Positions 21,490 to 32,381 of a stretch of DNA of 64,000 bases are shown piece after piece. Source of the stretch: Savitreella phatthalungensis (Eukaryota); the NCBI GenBank assembly GCA_051599415.1, contig AP039693.1:248001-312000 (forward strand), written 5' to 3'. The first letter of the stretch is position 1; each line of letters opens with the position of its first letter. The notes beneath the pieces are model-generated. The model was not told where the DNA came from. It saw only the letters and a program-made list of their open reading frames with translations, and did no database searches. The position numbers were made by a program, and so were the translations under genes.

Positions 21490-22460
21490 CAGATGACTAT
21501 TGCTGTGTGCGTCTGATCGCGATTGTTTATGTAAGGTCCCATGAAGCCCGAAGCCTGGGTTTCCTTTGCTCAGAGCCTGTGCTTTCTTTGCTTCGCCGAG
21601 GTCACAGCGGCCCGGCCGTGAATGCAGGCCTAGTAGCCGTGCCAGGGTCAGCCATGAGCCTTATACCTGCAATCTGCATTGTAAAAAAAACGTCATGCGG
21701 AATGGCCCGACAAACGCCCTTCGGCGCTCCCGTTGCTCTTCCGGCCTCCCACCGCTCCACTAGGTTTCCGACATGACCCGCATCGCATTCAGACCTGCAT
21801 GCGCCTCCCGTATGCAATCGAAACGGTCCCTCCAGCCTTTTCTGCTTTCGTAATGCCACATTTGGAAGTCTGTCATAATTTCGAGATTTTCGTGAGGATA
21901 TATGGCGAAATGTGATCGTGGTATCAGCCACAGGTGGCGGTGCTACCACTAGTCCTCTAACCTCGTATAAAACCTTATGTTTACGTAGCCGTAGCTCCTT
22001 ACTCGCATCGCTTACACGCCTACAGCATTACACGAAATCATCATCAAAAACTGAAGCTCGTGGTCAGGTTTTCCATCGGAATTATTTTGGGGAAGTCCGA
22101 GCGACCACGGCAAAGCCAGTCCCCCGGAAGGATCACAATATTCCGACATTTCATTGACTGAATGTCTCGCAGTGGATCGGCGGTGGCCAATTAGTACAGT
22201 ATTACACATGGCACTGTTCGAAAGACAGCTAGTAGAAGGGTTCGTATACACTTCAGAGCGTAGCACGAAATCGGCGGTTGAGTAGATCGAGCAATTCGGA
22301 AGTCGTGCATTCGTGAATATGCTGGATTGCGGTTCTCCTGCATGAAGCACTGATCGATCGTGGCCATTGACAGAGTCAATACCACCGGTACTTGTTGAAG
22401 CTCCGAATGTAGCTCATTAGGTTGTTCTAGGATGAAGAAAGATTGAACCATCAGCATATC
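21490..22460 (+). ncRNA. Candidate large structured non-coding RNA, identity unknown
   Basis: No credible ORF; many hand-identified helices, several with G-U pairs on the + strand (see findings). Confidence 0.3.
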
Positions 22461-22463
22461 AGC

Positions 22464-23147
22464 ATGAGCCGACACCAAGATGCTGATCGTGTGCGTGTCG
22501 CGTGGCAGGCCGCCGCGTTGGGCGCCACGTTCGGTATGAGCATCAGTAGTGCTCTATACGGCTATCGCGACTATGTCTATTTGTACTATTACTCTGCTGC
22601 GCTGAGCAGCTTCCATTTTCTCGAATATTGGTCTACGGCGCGATACAATCCTAGTAAAGCAAGCTCTGAATCTTTCCTGCTCTGGGGCAACGGTGTCCGA
22701 TATTGGTTGGCGCAGGCAATTGGCGTCTTTGAATACTTCGTAAGACTACATCTTGTGCAGGCAAGAGCGCCCTGGCAAAAGTCTAGATTTACTGTCGGGT
22801 TGCTGATGGTGTTATTGGGTCAATCGTTGCGCAGCACTGCGATGGCGACTGCAGGAAGGAGTTTCTCCCACCTGCTCGTGCGCACCAAGACCAATGAACA
22901 CGAACTCGTGACCCATGGCATTTACTCCTATGCAAGACATCCATCATACCTCGGCTTCTTTTGTTTTGCCATCGGAACGCAGTTCATGCTCGGCAACCTG
23001 GCCACTGGCGCCATCTTCGCCGTGATTCTGTGGCGATTCTTCTCGCATCGCATTGGAGAAGAAGAAAAGTACTTGTTGAGCTTCTTTGGCAAGGACTATG
23101 CTGATTATCGCCTTCGTGTTGCTTCCGGCATGCCGTTTATTGATTGA
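22464..23147 (+). CDS. STE14: Isoprenylcysteine carboxyl methyltransferase (Ste14/Mam4)
   Basis: FHFLEY, AGRSFSH, HELVTHGIYSYARHPSYLGFF and RIGEEEKYL motifs. Confidence 0.95.
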   Translation: MSRHQDADRVRVAWQAAALGATFGMSISSALYGYRDYVYLYYYSAALSSFHFLEYWSTARYNPSKASSESFLLWGNGVRYWLAQAIGVFEYFVRLHLVQARAPWQKSRFTVGLLMVLLGQSLRSTAMATAGRSFSHLLVRTKTNEHELVTHGIYSYARHPSYLGFFCFAIGTQFMLGNLATGAIFAVILWRFFSHRIGEEEKYLLSFFGKDYADYRLRVASGMPFID

Positions 23148-24124
23148 TGCATACGACGCTTCCTGTCTGCAAAATTCTGCCAGCCAATTGGCTGCTGTCG
23201 TTGGGAGGTCGAGTGTTCGGGCTGGACAAGGTCGAGTCTTTCAGTGAGGCGCACGATGATCGCGGCTCAAGAATACGAGCGACTCGATTTATTTGACAAA
23301 GTATGCGTAGTATGCGTGTCCGAACGCGTGCGTCTCCGGGAAAGTCTTCGACACTCATTATCTGGGTACTCCAATCTATTCGTCGTCTTGGCTAAAGGCC
23401 TCGGATTCATCTGGCTAGCACTATACTCATCGTCATGTCACCGATAATGGCGGTCAGATCGCAGTCTCCATGTCGCTTGACTGAACACGATGCTTCGTAA
23501 TCGGACATATCTCCGAAACGCAATGGAGTCCATGAATACACCAGCACCCAGGTCGAGCGTTTGACTGGATAACTATGCTTATCTGCGCCACAACAGTCGA
23601 GATATGTCAGCAGCAGTTTGTGGAAAGGACTTCGCTGCAGTCGCGGCACGTGTGTAAGGAGAAATCCTGCAACAGTGGACGTTCCCGAAGGCGGATGTCG
23701 TCTGCGAACATACTTTCGCTTTGATCACAGGCCTTGTGTGTTCAACGGATTCAACATGCAGTGTATGAGCTCTTCATGTAGACGAAGGTATCCTATGCAT
23801 GCCCGACTGTCGAATCAAACTTTGGAATTCCGGCAGAATAGGCAGAATGTAGATTCGCGCACGAGGCCGATGAGTACGAAGAATCCAGCCCGACGTGGGC
23901 GCTGAATCGGCCAATATTGTTCGGTTTTTGTGCCGAAGATAATGACTTGTGCTGGCCAATCAGAACAAATGAATGAGACGGAGAAGATCTAATCTTTTGA
24001 GTGAGGCGCGTGAATTGTGATTCCGGATTGTGAGCGGCCCGATTGACTCGACATGGATGCTTAGCCGAGTGCTTACGTCCTGTCCAAAAGAGACTTGACG
24101 CTTTGACCTCTAGTACTGTCTCAT

Positions 24125-25054
24125 ATGATGGACACCGAAGTATTCGTGAAGTCAAGTCGCTATGGTAAGGAACAGGTCAAGTTCTTGAAGAAAATCGTCG
24201 ACAGAGATGATCCAGCCCGGCATACTGTGATCGAGTACACTGTCCTCATATTGCTCCGTGGTGCCTTTGACGTATCATACACTCACGGCGACAACAGCGT
24301 CGTCATACCGACCGACACAATGAAGAATTCGGTCTATTTGCTGGCGAAAACGCACGAGTTCGAGGAACCAGAGGTCTTTGCAGCTATTGTCGCTAATTAT
24401 TTCGTTTCATTCGATAAGTTTGCCCATGTCAGCTCCGCAGATTGCACTGTCAGGCAGCATCGCTGGACTCGCATCGTCACAGCAGATGGACTGTCTCATC
24501 CACATTCATTCTACCGTGACGGCGCTGAATTACGCCTCGCAAGGTGCGAAGCGTTTAGGGATTCGGGTCACCTGCATATTAGCTCAGGGATCGAGGACTT
24601 GTTGGTGCTCAAGTCCACCGGGAGCGCCTTCAATGGTTTCTGGCGTGATGAATGGACAACGCTTCCAGATGTTGCTGACCGCATCTTCAGCACTCAGGTA
24701 AGCTTGACATTCAGGTGGGCACCATTCAACACCTTTAATCAAGTGCTACAGTATGCACCAACGTTCTTGCAGGCAAATACTCATGCACGACAGACGACCC
24801 TTGATACCTTTGCCACTGACAACTCGGCGTCCGTGCAAGCAACGCTATTTAAGATGTGCGAAGCGATCATCGCCCGTTTCTGCGGCATTTCTGAATGCGA
24901 ATATACCCTGCCGAACAAGCACTATTTCGAGGTGAACATGCAGCCGTTCGCTATCGATAATAGCGGCAGGGCTGCAACGATATACATGCCTCAGGCTTGG
25001 CCGGCTGGACACATCAATGCTTGCATCGCACGTCGTGGCCAGTCCACTCTCTGA
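24125..25054 (+). CDS. Urate oxidase (uricase)
   Basis: RYGKEQV, DNSVVIPTDTMKN, VLKSTGSAF.GF, SASVQATL and LPNKHYF motifs. Confidence 0.95.
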   Translation: MMDTEVFVKSSRYGKEQVKFLKKIVDRDDPARHTVIEYTVLILLRGAFDVSYTHGDNSVVIPTDTMKNSVYLLAKTHEFEEPEVFAAIVANYFVSFDKFAHVSSADCTVRQHRWTRIVTADGLSHPHSFYRDGAELRLARCEAFRDSGHLHISSGIEDLLVLKSTGSAFNGFWRDEWTTLPDVADRIFSTQVSLTFRWAPFNTFNQVLQYAPTFLQANTHARQTTLDTFATDNSASVQATLFKMCEAIIARFCGISECEYTLPNKHYFEVNMQPFAIDNSGRAATIYMPQAWPAGHINACIARRGQSTL

Positions 25055-25082
25055 TTTGCTTTCAAGCTTCACCTGCAGTCTA

Positions 25083-26186
25083 TCAGAAGCCCTCATTATA
25101 GAGCATAGTACTGATTCCGCGGTAGAATTCGTCCACGTTGAATTTTGCCCCTGGCAGTCCACGACCACGCAACTCCCAATGGTCGCAGGGCACTGTGGCG
25201 ATGAACTTGCCCCACTTGGCCGATTCGATGCTCACGAGACCATCATTGGACTTGCCTTCCTTCTCGCTGACGACTTGATACGGCAGATAGAGTGGATGCC
25301 ATATAGGAAAATTGGCCGGCGTCGACGCGGCGAATGAAAAGTACTGGACGTGTTGTGAGTCTGGAGTGTGGGGGTTGAAGACTTGATTACAGTACGTCGT
25401 CGTAAGATTAGCATAAGCCGGGCAGTCGATTGTCTTAGCCAGCAATGTCTTGGTCAGAATCGCCGTGGACAGCGGCATGGCCTTGCTTCCGTCAGCGATA
25501 CTGACGTGGTCGAGCAGGTAATCGTGCTCCTCTAAGGGCGAATTGGCTGCAGTGGCCGGCTTGGTAGAGTCTTTGTCTATCTTTGATAGACGCGGAATCA
25601 CTCTGCCGAGCCCAAGATAGTCTCTGCACCAGTCCATAAACGGCGAACCTCGGTGTGGGCACGAAAGAGTTGTGAGACTCACGGGTCGAAAATATGTAGG
25701 CTTCAGATGAGAAATCAAATGTCGACAATCGAGACCACCCATGGAATGCGCGACCAGATTGATTCGAGCACCGCGTTCTAATCGCGCCTCGAGCTGAGAA
25801 TGAAGAGACCGCGCACGCTCGGCTATGGTACCTGTCGAGGGAACTCGAGCAATGATTACCTCATTTCCGAGTCGGCGTAGCGACTCGACAATCGTCCCCC
25901 AATAGTGTAATTGAAAGCGCGGCAAAGCTTCGGGCGTTTTGTCAAAAAAGCCAAGACCATGACATAGCACAATTATGTTCCTCGTTGCATTATGCTCCGC
26001 ATGCAGGGGCAGCCAATCACACCGGCTCGGGGAAGATCGCTGGGTACAGTGCTGCTGATGGTCCCGAGGACGCGCGCCTTTCTCTGGCGAGGCTGTAGAA
26101 GCAGAGAAGCGCGTGACGTGTGCCACAAGTCGAGAAGCAGCGCTCACACTTATCTCTACCAAAGGCGAGAAGTAAGCCGAGGTCAT
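25083..26186 (-). CDS. Tgl2-like triacylglycerol lipase
   Basis: VLCHGLGF, nucleophile elbow AHSMGGLDCR, TLSCPHRGSP, NDGLVS and DH motifs. Confidence 0.88.
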   Translation of the reverse strand: MTSAYFSPLVEISVSAASRLVAHVTRFSASTASPEKGARPRDHQQHCTQRSSPSRCDWLPLHAEHNATRNIIVLCHGLGFFDKTPEALPRFQLHYWGTIVESLRRLGNEVIIARVPSTGTIAERARSLHSQLEARLERGARINLVAHSMGGLDCRHLISHLKPTYFRPVSLTTLSCPHRGSPFMDWCRDYLGLGRVIPRLSKIDKDSTKPATAANSPLEEHDYLLDHVSIADGSKAMPLSTAILTKTLLAKTIDCPAYANLTTTYCNQVFNPHTPDSQHVQYFSFAASTPANFPIWHPLYLPYQVVSEKEGKSNDGLVSIESAKWGKFIATVPCDHWELRGRGLPGAKFNVDEFYRGISTMLYNEGF

Positions 26187-26956
26187 ACCTGTCGGGACAA
26201 TCTTTGACGATTCGTGTAGGCTATTGCATGTTTCTGCAGCCTGCCGCGTTGGGGTGAGCCTCTACTATGACGCTCCCAAAATGCATTTTCCTAACATCCT
26301 CGGGGAAGCATTTGAACATGGACTCGCGAGAATTTTCGCCGCAGTCTGCAAGAATATGATCGCGATAACGAGATCCTTGAATAAGCAAGATCTCTGGCAT
26401 TTGCTAGAATCTGCTACGATCCCATGATTACATGACTCGAATGATGTACAATGAAGCACTGTATGCCAGTAAGTACCGATATCATGTACCAGTACCGGCG
26501 TATGTGTCATGTGCGTTCCTTCTCTATGCAGCCACCAATGTCAACATGTCTAGCCTGATGTCGCTGAGCCTTTCGTGTATCGTGTAATCGATGAGGGAAC
26601 ACTGCTTGAGCCTCCCGTATCTCGTAGCAGATTCACTCTCCTTCATTCCTCCCGTGAGGCCGACGTAACAGAACCATCAGGAAGCCACCACGTCTGCGAC
26701 TAGTCTCGGGTGTGACAGTATATGCTTGCGGAGTCCGAAGAGGTGTCTGCATCATAACTCCACGTCGCCGCGACTCGGAATGCTTGCGCAGCGATAATGC
26801 CGCTCGCACTTGCGGCACGGGCAAGCCCTCCGGTCAGAAGCAAGCACGCAACCCGCATCAGTGCCAAGCAAGTCTCCCGGCTGATTGAACAAAGATGAAA
26901 ATATAAGTGGAGCAGACCTAGTATTCGTCTAGAGTAGACTACGGATCGCGTGGCCA

Positions 26957-27766
26957 TCATGCAGCAGCGGCAACGTTCAGAGCTGCTCCAGTATTGAGGG
27001 AGTTCGCCTCGTCACGATCGCAAAGGCGCTCGAGACTGGAATCGCAACAAAGCTTTGGTAGATATTCTGCGACGTCGTAGCGCTTTGGCATAGGGTACGC
27101 TTCTGAGGACACAATAATAGCATCGTCGTCATCTGCGTCGTCGTCTCCGCTGTCAGATGCGAAAGAATCTGACCGAGACGATGAGCGGGTCAGTGGCGGC
27201 ATGTCGTGTCCGAAAAGCTCGTCTGGACCAAGGCTCGCAGCGCTATGGGACAGCTGCCTCGTGAGAAGCGGCATAGTACCGTCATCGATCTCATCGAATA
27301 CTCGATGTGAAGGTGTAATCGCGTCATCGTGCTTAACTGACGTGTGAACAGGTCCACAGCTGTGGTTTACTTGCTGATATTCCTGCCATTCCTCAACAGA
27401 ATCGCGGTCGAAGGCGCAGCTCTGCGAAGAAACCTGATCTTCCTCCTCCTCGTCGTCTGCGATAGCATAGTCAGACTCAGCGAAGTCCTGACGAAGATAG
27501 TGCTCCGGTAAGTCGTATGTTTCGCGTTTACGCTGGTGACAAGCGTCTTCATAAGAAGGAGGCTCCATGGCGGAAGATGCAATCTCTCGAAGCCGTGCCT
27601 GAAGACCATCGAGCAAATGGGTAAGCTGAACAGCACGGACAGGCGAAGTGTCTCGGCATCTGCGCAACTTCTCCTTCGTTTGGTATATCAACGTTGCCGT
27701 TTGTGTTACGGATCTGAGCTCCTTGGCCACAATGGGTCCATAAGTCATCGTTGCGGCGTCTGGCAT
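26957..27766 (-). CDS. Hypothetical acidic protein
   Basis: 269-codon ATG ORF with a helical N-terminus, PPSY motif and Asp/Glu tracts; no family recognised. Confidence 0.6.
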   Translation of the reverse strand: MPDAATMTYGPIVAKELRSVTQTATLIYQTKEKLRRCRDTSPVRAVQLTHLLDGLQARLREIASSAMEPPSYEDACHQRKRETYDLPEHYLRQDFAESDYAIADDEEEEDQVSSQSCAFDRDSVEEWQEYQQVNHSCGPVHTSVKHDDAITPSHRVFDEIDDGTMPLLTRQLSHSAASLGPDELFGHDMPPLTRSSSRSDSFASDSGDDDADDDDAIIVSSEAYPMPKRYDVAEYLPKLCCDSSLERLCDRDEANSLNTGAALNVAAAA

Positions 27767-28483
27767 ATTTTTCCAGATTCAATAGTGTTGAATGTCAAGC
27801 TGATTAAGGCAATTGCCTTTGTGGGAGGACGGCAATGATGTATTATGTAGTGTATGGACATACAGATTGCCAAGTGTTTGTAAAACCGTGGTGGAAGCGC
27901 GCTTGTGCCGCCTACTATCGAATACCAAGCGATATCGCCAGCCGCAGCCGCGGCCGTATGAGTCAGACAAGATTTTCTGGGCCATAATCTGGCAGGGGCG
28001 GCACTTCGATCCGACCCTCTCCACCTCCGGAAGTCGAACGCTCTCCGGGTTTTTGTCAAATTTGCTAAGATCTGCTCGGGCGATTTGATCAACCAAGACG
28101 GACGGGACAACTCAAGGATGCAGCAATTATTCCTGTACCGGGGACAGTGATGCTTTGCCAAGATTTAAGCCCAATTCGGAAGATTTTTAAATGTCAGAGA
28201 TGGTGGCTTCGTGAAGACTGGCGGTACCGCCGAAGCGTCACAAAGTTGCGCGATCTGCCAGGGGATAAACTCTCGCGAATAGCCCTGTACGCGTCATAGG
28301 AGATCAGGCAAATCATATTCGTTCATGTCACGTGCACGAGACTCATGGAGTCAGAGTCTCGGACGTATCGATTTTTGCATAAATGGACGCTATAGGATTG
28401 CATCTCTTTCGCAAAATCATGAAATCTGCGACTCTCTGCATGTGAGGCAGACCTTCAATTGCATGTGATGTCTTCATGTCCCG

Positions 28484-29749
28484 TCATCCCACCAATGCGC
28501 CACTGAAACCGATTAGACCAATGCCAACAAAGAATGTGACGGAGAAGAGCAGTTCGTCCGAAGGGGCATGCCGAATGGCTTGAGGCATCAAAGACGTGAT
28601 CGAAATGACTGCCATGAATCCCGCAGTGACGGCGAACAGGATGCCATATGCGACATCTAGGCTCGCTTCATCGGGTTGCAACCTGTTCTGAACTCGTGCG
28701 ACTATGTATCCCAGGATTGCTCCCAGGGGCTGAGAACAGCCGCCCAGAATCACAGCAATGGCGAAGGCTTTGATGCGTGACTCTATTGCAAGAAACAGTG
28801 GAAAAGCGATTGTAAATCCTTCCACCACATTGTGTACCGCCAGAGCTAAGAAGATACTGAAGCCGAGCTGAGAGTCACGATGAGTTGATACAAATGTGAT
28901 GAAACCTTCGGGCAGCTTGTGCAGCGATATCGCGACAGAGGTTTGCAACCCAATACGCAAGAGATCGTGTCGAGCTTGAGTCACGTGATGATGGTGTCGG
29001 CCTACTTGATGATGATGCCCTCTGATGAGTTGTGATTCATCCTCGACATGATTTTGCCCGTGGAACTCATCACGAGATACCTCGATGCCATTAGTCCCAC
29101 TCTGAGACGCCGATCGAGAGCCTGATACTGGTGTTGACGCTTCTGAACTTGAACGATAGCAAAATTTGTCACCTTTACAAGGTCGAGTAAAGCCAGCACA
29201 GTCGCTGGTCTGCGATTCTGGACATTTCCGAAGGAAGGTGCTGGATCGCTGTTTCCGTGTGGAAGAGGCACATCGCAGCAATGGCGTATTCTCAGCATGA
29301 ACCGTTGGAGGATTGTGCAAATGAAGACCGTGCTCGTGCGAGGCACGATCGTCGTGTTCACCGCAGCTTATAATCGATTCTGGAGTCAATCTATGCAGGA
29401 TAGAGTTCAGTAAGATACACAGGATTGTTCCGGACAAAAACGCAGCCATAGTGACGGCAGTCGCGGTCCGTTTCCGCTGATGCTTGTTGCCAAACTTGTG
29501 TGTCCTGTGTAATAGATCCTGTGCTTTCGGCAGTATGCGATTTAGTGCCGTGAATAGCAGAACACCAGCACCGAGAGAGAACCCTCCGACGAGGACGCGG
29601 TTGTTGTGCTTGAGATCGAATCGTGAGCCAGGAGAAATACGTCGCCAGACCACGTCAAGGTAAATGAAGCATGAACCGATGGCGCAAGCTGTGCTGGATG
29701 CCGCGATGAGAATCCATGCCTGTTTATCGTTGGCATTAGACGCCGACAT
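28484..29749 (-). CDS. ZIP-family zinc transporter (Zrt3-like)
   Basis: His-rich loop, AISLHKLPEG and AVHNVVEG metal-site motifs, multiple TM helices. Confidence 0.9.
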   Translation of the reverse strand: MSASNANDKQAWILIAASSTACAIGSCFIYLDVVWRRISPGSRFDLKHNNRVLVGGFSLGAGVLLFTALNRILPKAQDLLHRTHKFGNKHQRKRTATAVTMAAFLSGTILCILLNSILHRLTPESIISCGEHDDRASHEHGLHLHNPPTVHAENTPLLRCASSTRKQRSSTFLRKCPESQTSDCAGFTRPCKGDKFCYRSSSEASTPVSGSRSASQSGTNGIEVSRDEFHGQNHVEDESQLIRGHHHQVGRHHHHVTQARHDLLRIGLQTSVAISLHKLPEGFITFVSTHRDSQLGFSIFLALAVHNVVEGFTIAFPLFLAIESRIKAFAIAVILGGCSQPLGAILGYIVARVQNRLQPDEASLDVAYGILFAVTAGFMAVISITSLMPQAIRHAPSDELLFSVTFFVGIGLIGFSGALVG

Positions 29750-30006
29750 GACCAGAGCTGCAAAGTCCACAAGATCGTGGCCGAACACTGTCCGGCGACG
29801 GCTCGGTATAAGTGAATCGGAGCAGGCCTGTGCCGTAGAGAATCGCCGGATGCGTTATGTGCTACTGTAATAATACGTATCTTTTACATTATGTTCAACA
29901 CGCGTCACAGAAGCATGTGTGCCTATTTTGGTGAAGGATAGCGAAAATCGGTGGCAGGCTTGCTGTGAGACCTAGCGTGATCAAGCTTGCGCGCATTCAA
30001 GACACT

Positions 30007-30927
30007 ATGTCGTCTCTCAAGGCATCAGCCGCAGTCTTTGCCGCTGGTATGCTGTCCGGTGCGGCAGCAATATATACTTTGAAAGAACGGCAGCGCAAGC
30101 CACTCAGGCTCGATCCCTTGATTCCGGTGGCTCCGCATGCTGGCAACGCGCCCTCGAGCGCATCGGAAATCTTGCGCTACGGAATGCCTCGAATGCTGTC
30201 AGACACCTCAGTGCATAATGGATTCATCTCTGCCTACGACCGACGGACGCGAAATCCCGCCTGGGTCGCGGAACATCTCACCTCGGAACGCTTGCAAAGC
30301 CGGGTGGCCAATAGAGGCAAAAGCGTTTTCCATGAGGACGAGACGGTACCAGCAAAATATAGAGCTTTACTACGAGACTATACGCGGTCAGGCTACGACC
30401 GTGGCCACCAGGTGCCGGCTGCGGACTGCAAGTTTAGTCAAGTCGCCATGGACGAAACATTTATTTTGACCAATATATGTCCACAAGTCGGCGATGGCTT
30501 CAATCGTGATTATTGGGCGCACTTTGAAGACTTCTGCAGACGACTGACGATGCACTTTCGATCCGTCCGCATTCTTACTGGACCGTTGTATCTGCCAAGG
30601 CAATTCCCCGATGGCAAATGGAGAGTCCAATATGAGGTAATAGGTACACCTGCGAACGTGGCGGTCCCGACGCACTTCTACAAGATCATTATCGCCGATC
30701 AAGGCGTGCCTGGCGAAGTGCCCACAGTTGGAGCCTTTGTTCTGCCAAATGCTCCAATTGACAATGATACGCCCTTGACCGACTTCATCAGTTCGGTGGA
30801 CGCCATTGAACGTTCCTCAGGTCTGGAGCTGCTGTCGGCCATCCCACCGAATCGCCGTCGAAGCCTGTGCTCTGAGATCAAATGTGAGATTGTCGTTCGA
30901 TTCTTCGAGCAGCAGGCCAAGCTCTAA
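30007..30927 (+). CDS. NUC1: Mitochondrial endonuclease G (Nuc1/Pnu1), ending in AKL
   Basis: YDRRTRNPAWVAEH, catalytic SGYDRGHQVPAAD, PQVGDGFNRDYWAH and VAVPTHFYK motifs. Confidence 0.95.
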   Translation: MSSLKASAAVFAAGMLSGAAAIYTLKERQRKPLRLDPLIPVAPHAGNAPSSASEILRYGMPRMLSDTSVHNGFISAYDRRTRNPAWVAEHLTSERLQSRVANRGKSVFHEDETVPAKYRALLRDYTRSGYDRGHQVPAADCKFSQVAMDETFILTNICPQVGDGFNRDYWAHFEDFCRRLTMHFRSVRILTGPLYLPRQFPDGKWRVQYEVIGTPANVAVPTHFYKIIIADQGVPGEVPTVGAFVLPNAPIDNDTPLTDFISSVDAIERSSGLELLSAIPPNRRRSLCSEIKCEIVVRFFEQQAKL

Positions 30928-30947
30928 CTGCCAAGGTGGAATCTAGT

Positions 30948-31311
30948 TCACCCCATGCGCTCCTCTTGCACACGCTCGATATAGCTTCTTTGCACGACAG
31001 CCCATGCCTGTGTGTAGAGCGACATACATTCCGATGCACATGATTGCTGCGCGGCTGTCAAGGTGCCGGCCGGAACCTGAACACACCTCCTGAAGCACTC
31101 GTCTGGAATCGTTAGTCTCTTCGGGGAAAAAACGGGCATGGATCTAACCAGTCATTTGCTTCACAAGCTCCTGTGCGTGCGCGACTGACATCTCCTGCCG
31201 GATTTGCTGCTTGAGCTGTTGCACACGGCCAGAGCCCAGCAGTTCTTGGCCGCCTGGTGGAACAGGACTCGATGTGACAGTGCTCTTGGTGCCCCCGAAA
31301 CCGAAAACCAT
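30948..31311 (-). CDS. TIM13: Small Tim chaperone Tim13, complement(join(30948..31102,31149..31311)), 105 aa
   Basis: QQIRQEMSVAHAQELVKQMTDECFRRCV...SCASECMSLYTQAW (twin CX3C) after removing a 46-nt intron GTTAGA..GACTAAC..CAG. Confidence 0.92.
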
Positions 31312-32381
31312 GGTGCGATTGGAGTCTGTCGGTCGTGTCTTTGCTCGCGAAAAAACACAGCCAAAGCCGAAGATGCGTGAAACTTGAACAGTAGACTTGG
31401 CCGCTTGTTGGAATATCGCGTAGACTGCAACCGCTGATTTAGATTAACGATGACAGTCAGGCTCCGACAAAATTTGCAAGCAAAGATCATGAGACCTCTC
31501 AGTTTAGCTCCAATGCAGATTTTGTCCGACCTCAGTTTGCACGTTCGACTGGCTTAATTTGCGAAGAGTAAATGCGTGCAGTAAGTTGAACTTTTCATAG
31601 ATCTTCTGATTTCATGCATCGACTACCGGTACGATCGACGTGGAGTAAATTTTCATAAGATGTGGCGCTCACAGGCTCGGACACGTGATACATTGACCTG
31701 GAACACGACGGACACCATATTTGTAGCACTATTTCTAGCAATGTAGCACTATCTAGAAGCTCCAGTAGCTCAGAAACCCCCCAATGAAACGCCTCTTGGC
31801 GTATCAGTCTGAGTCGCATCTTATAGTTCGCCATCATTTCTTTGCAGGATCAGATCTGTGTGCTACTGAAAGCTTCGTTCCTTCCCTGTATATGAATCAG
31901 TCGATGCGCGAATCCTATGTAGCACATCCGCATCACCTGCAATCCTCTTGGACATTGACAAACATTCACTCGAAAGATTTTCTGCATCGATCCCGTGGAA
32001 GAAGACATGTAGGTCCATAGGCGGCTTTCTTGGACTGTCACACACCAGTTCTCCAACAGTGTCTCGAACCTAACCAAACCCACAGACCCCGAACCCAAAC
32101 CTCAGACTCGATCGGCTCCACACTTGGTATCAAATGCGGCGGAATCCTGAGAGTCAGCTCAGACCCCCCTGAGACTGAATTCCCACAGACCTCCAAGAAA
32201 AAGGCTGAGATCGGGCAAGATTCGCGACATCAATTTCGTGGCATCAACCGAGTCTGTGTCACGAGCTGTCCACGAGATTCTCAATCACTTTCCAATGCCG
32301 TGACACCATGCCGCGACCCCTGCTCAAAGTCGTGAGCAGGAGTCATCTGCGAGTTTCCAATAGCGTGCGAGATTCAAGAAC

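Noticed and set aside
22085..22310. RNase P/MRP-like words (GGAAGTCCGAG, AGTCCCCCGGA, CAATTCGGA) and snR30 m1-like ATATTCC
   Set aside because: The complementary P4/CR-V partner, and the snR30 m2-plus-ACA arrangement, are missing at the expected positions.
32060..32110. C/A-rich CCTAACCAAACCC...CCGAACCCAAACC, telomere-like
   Set aside because: Irregular, with no tandem unit; a short imperfect duplication.
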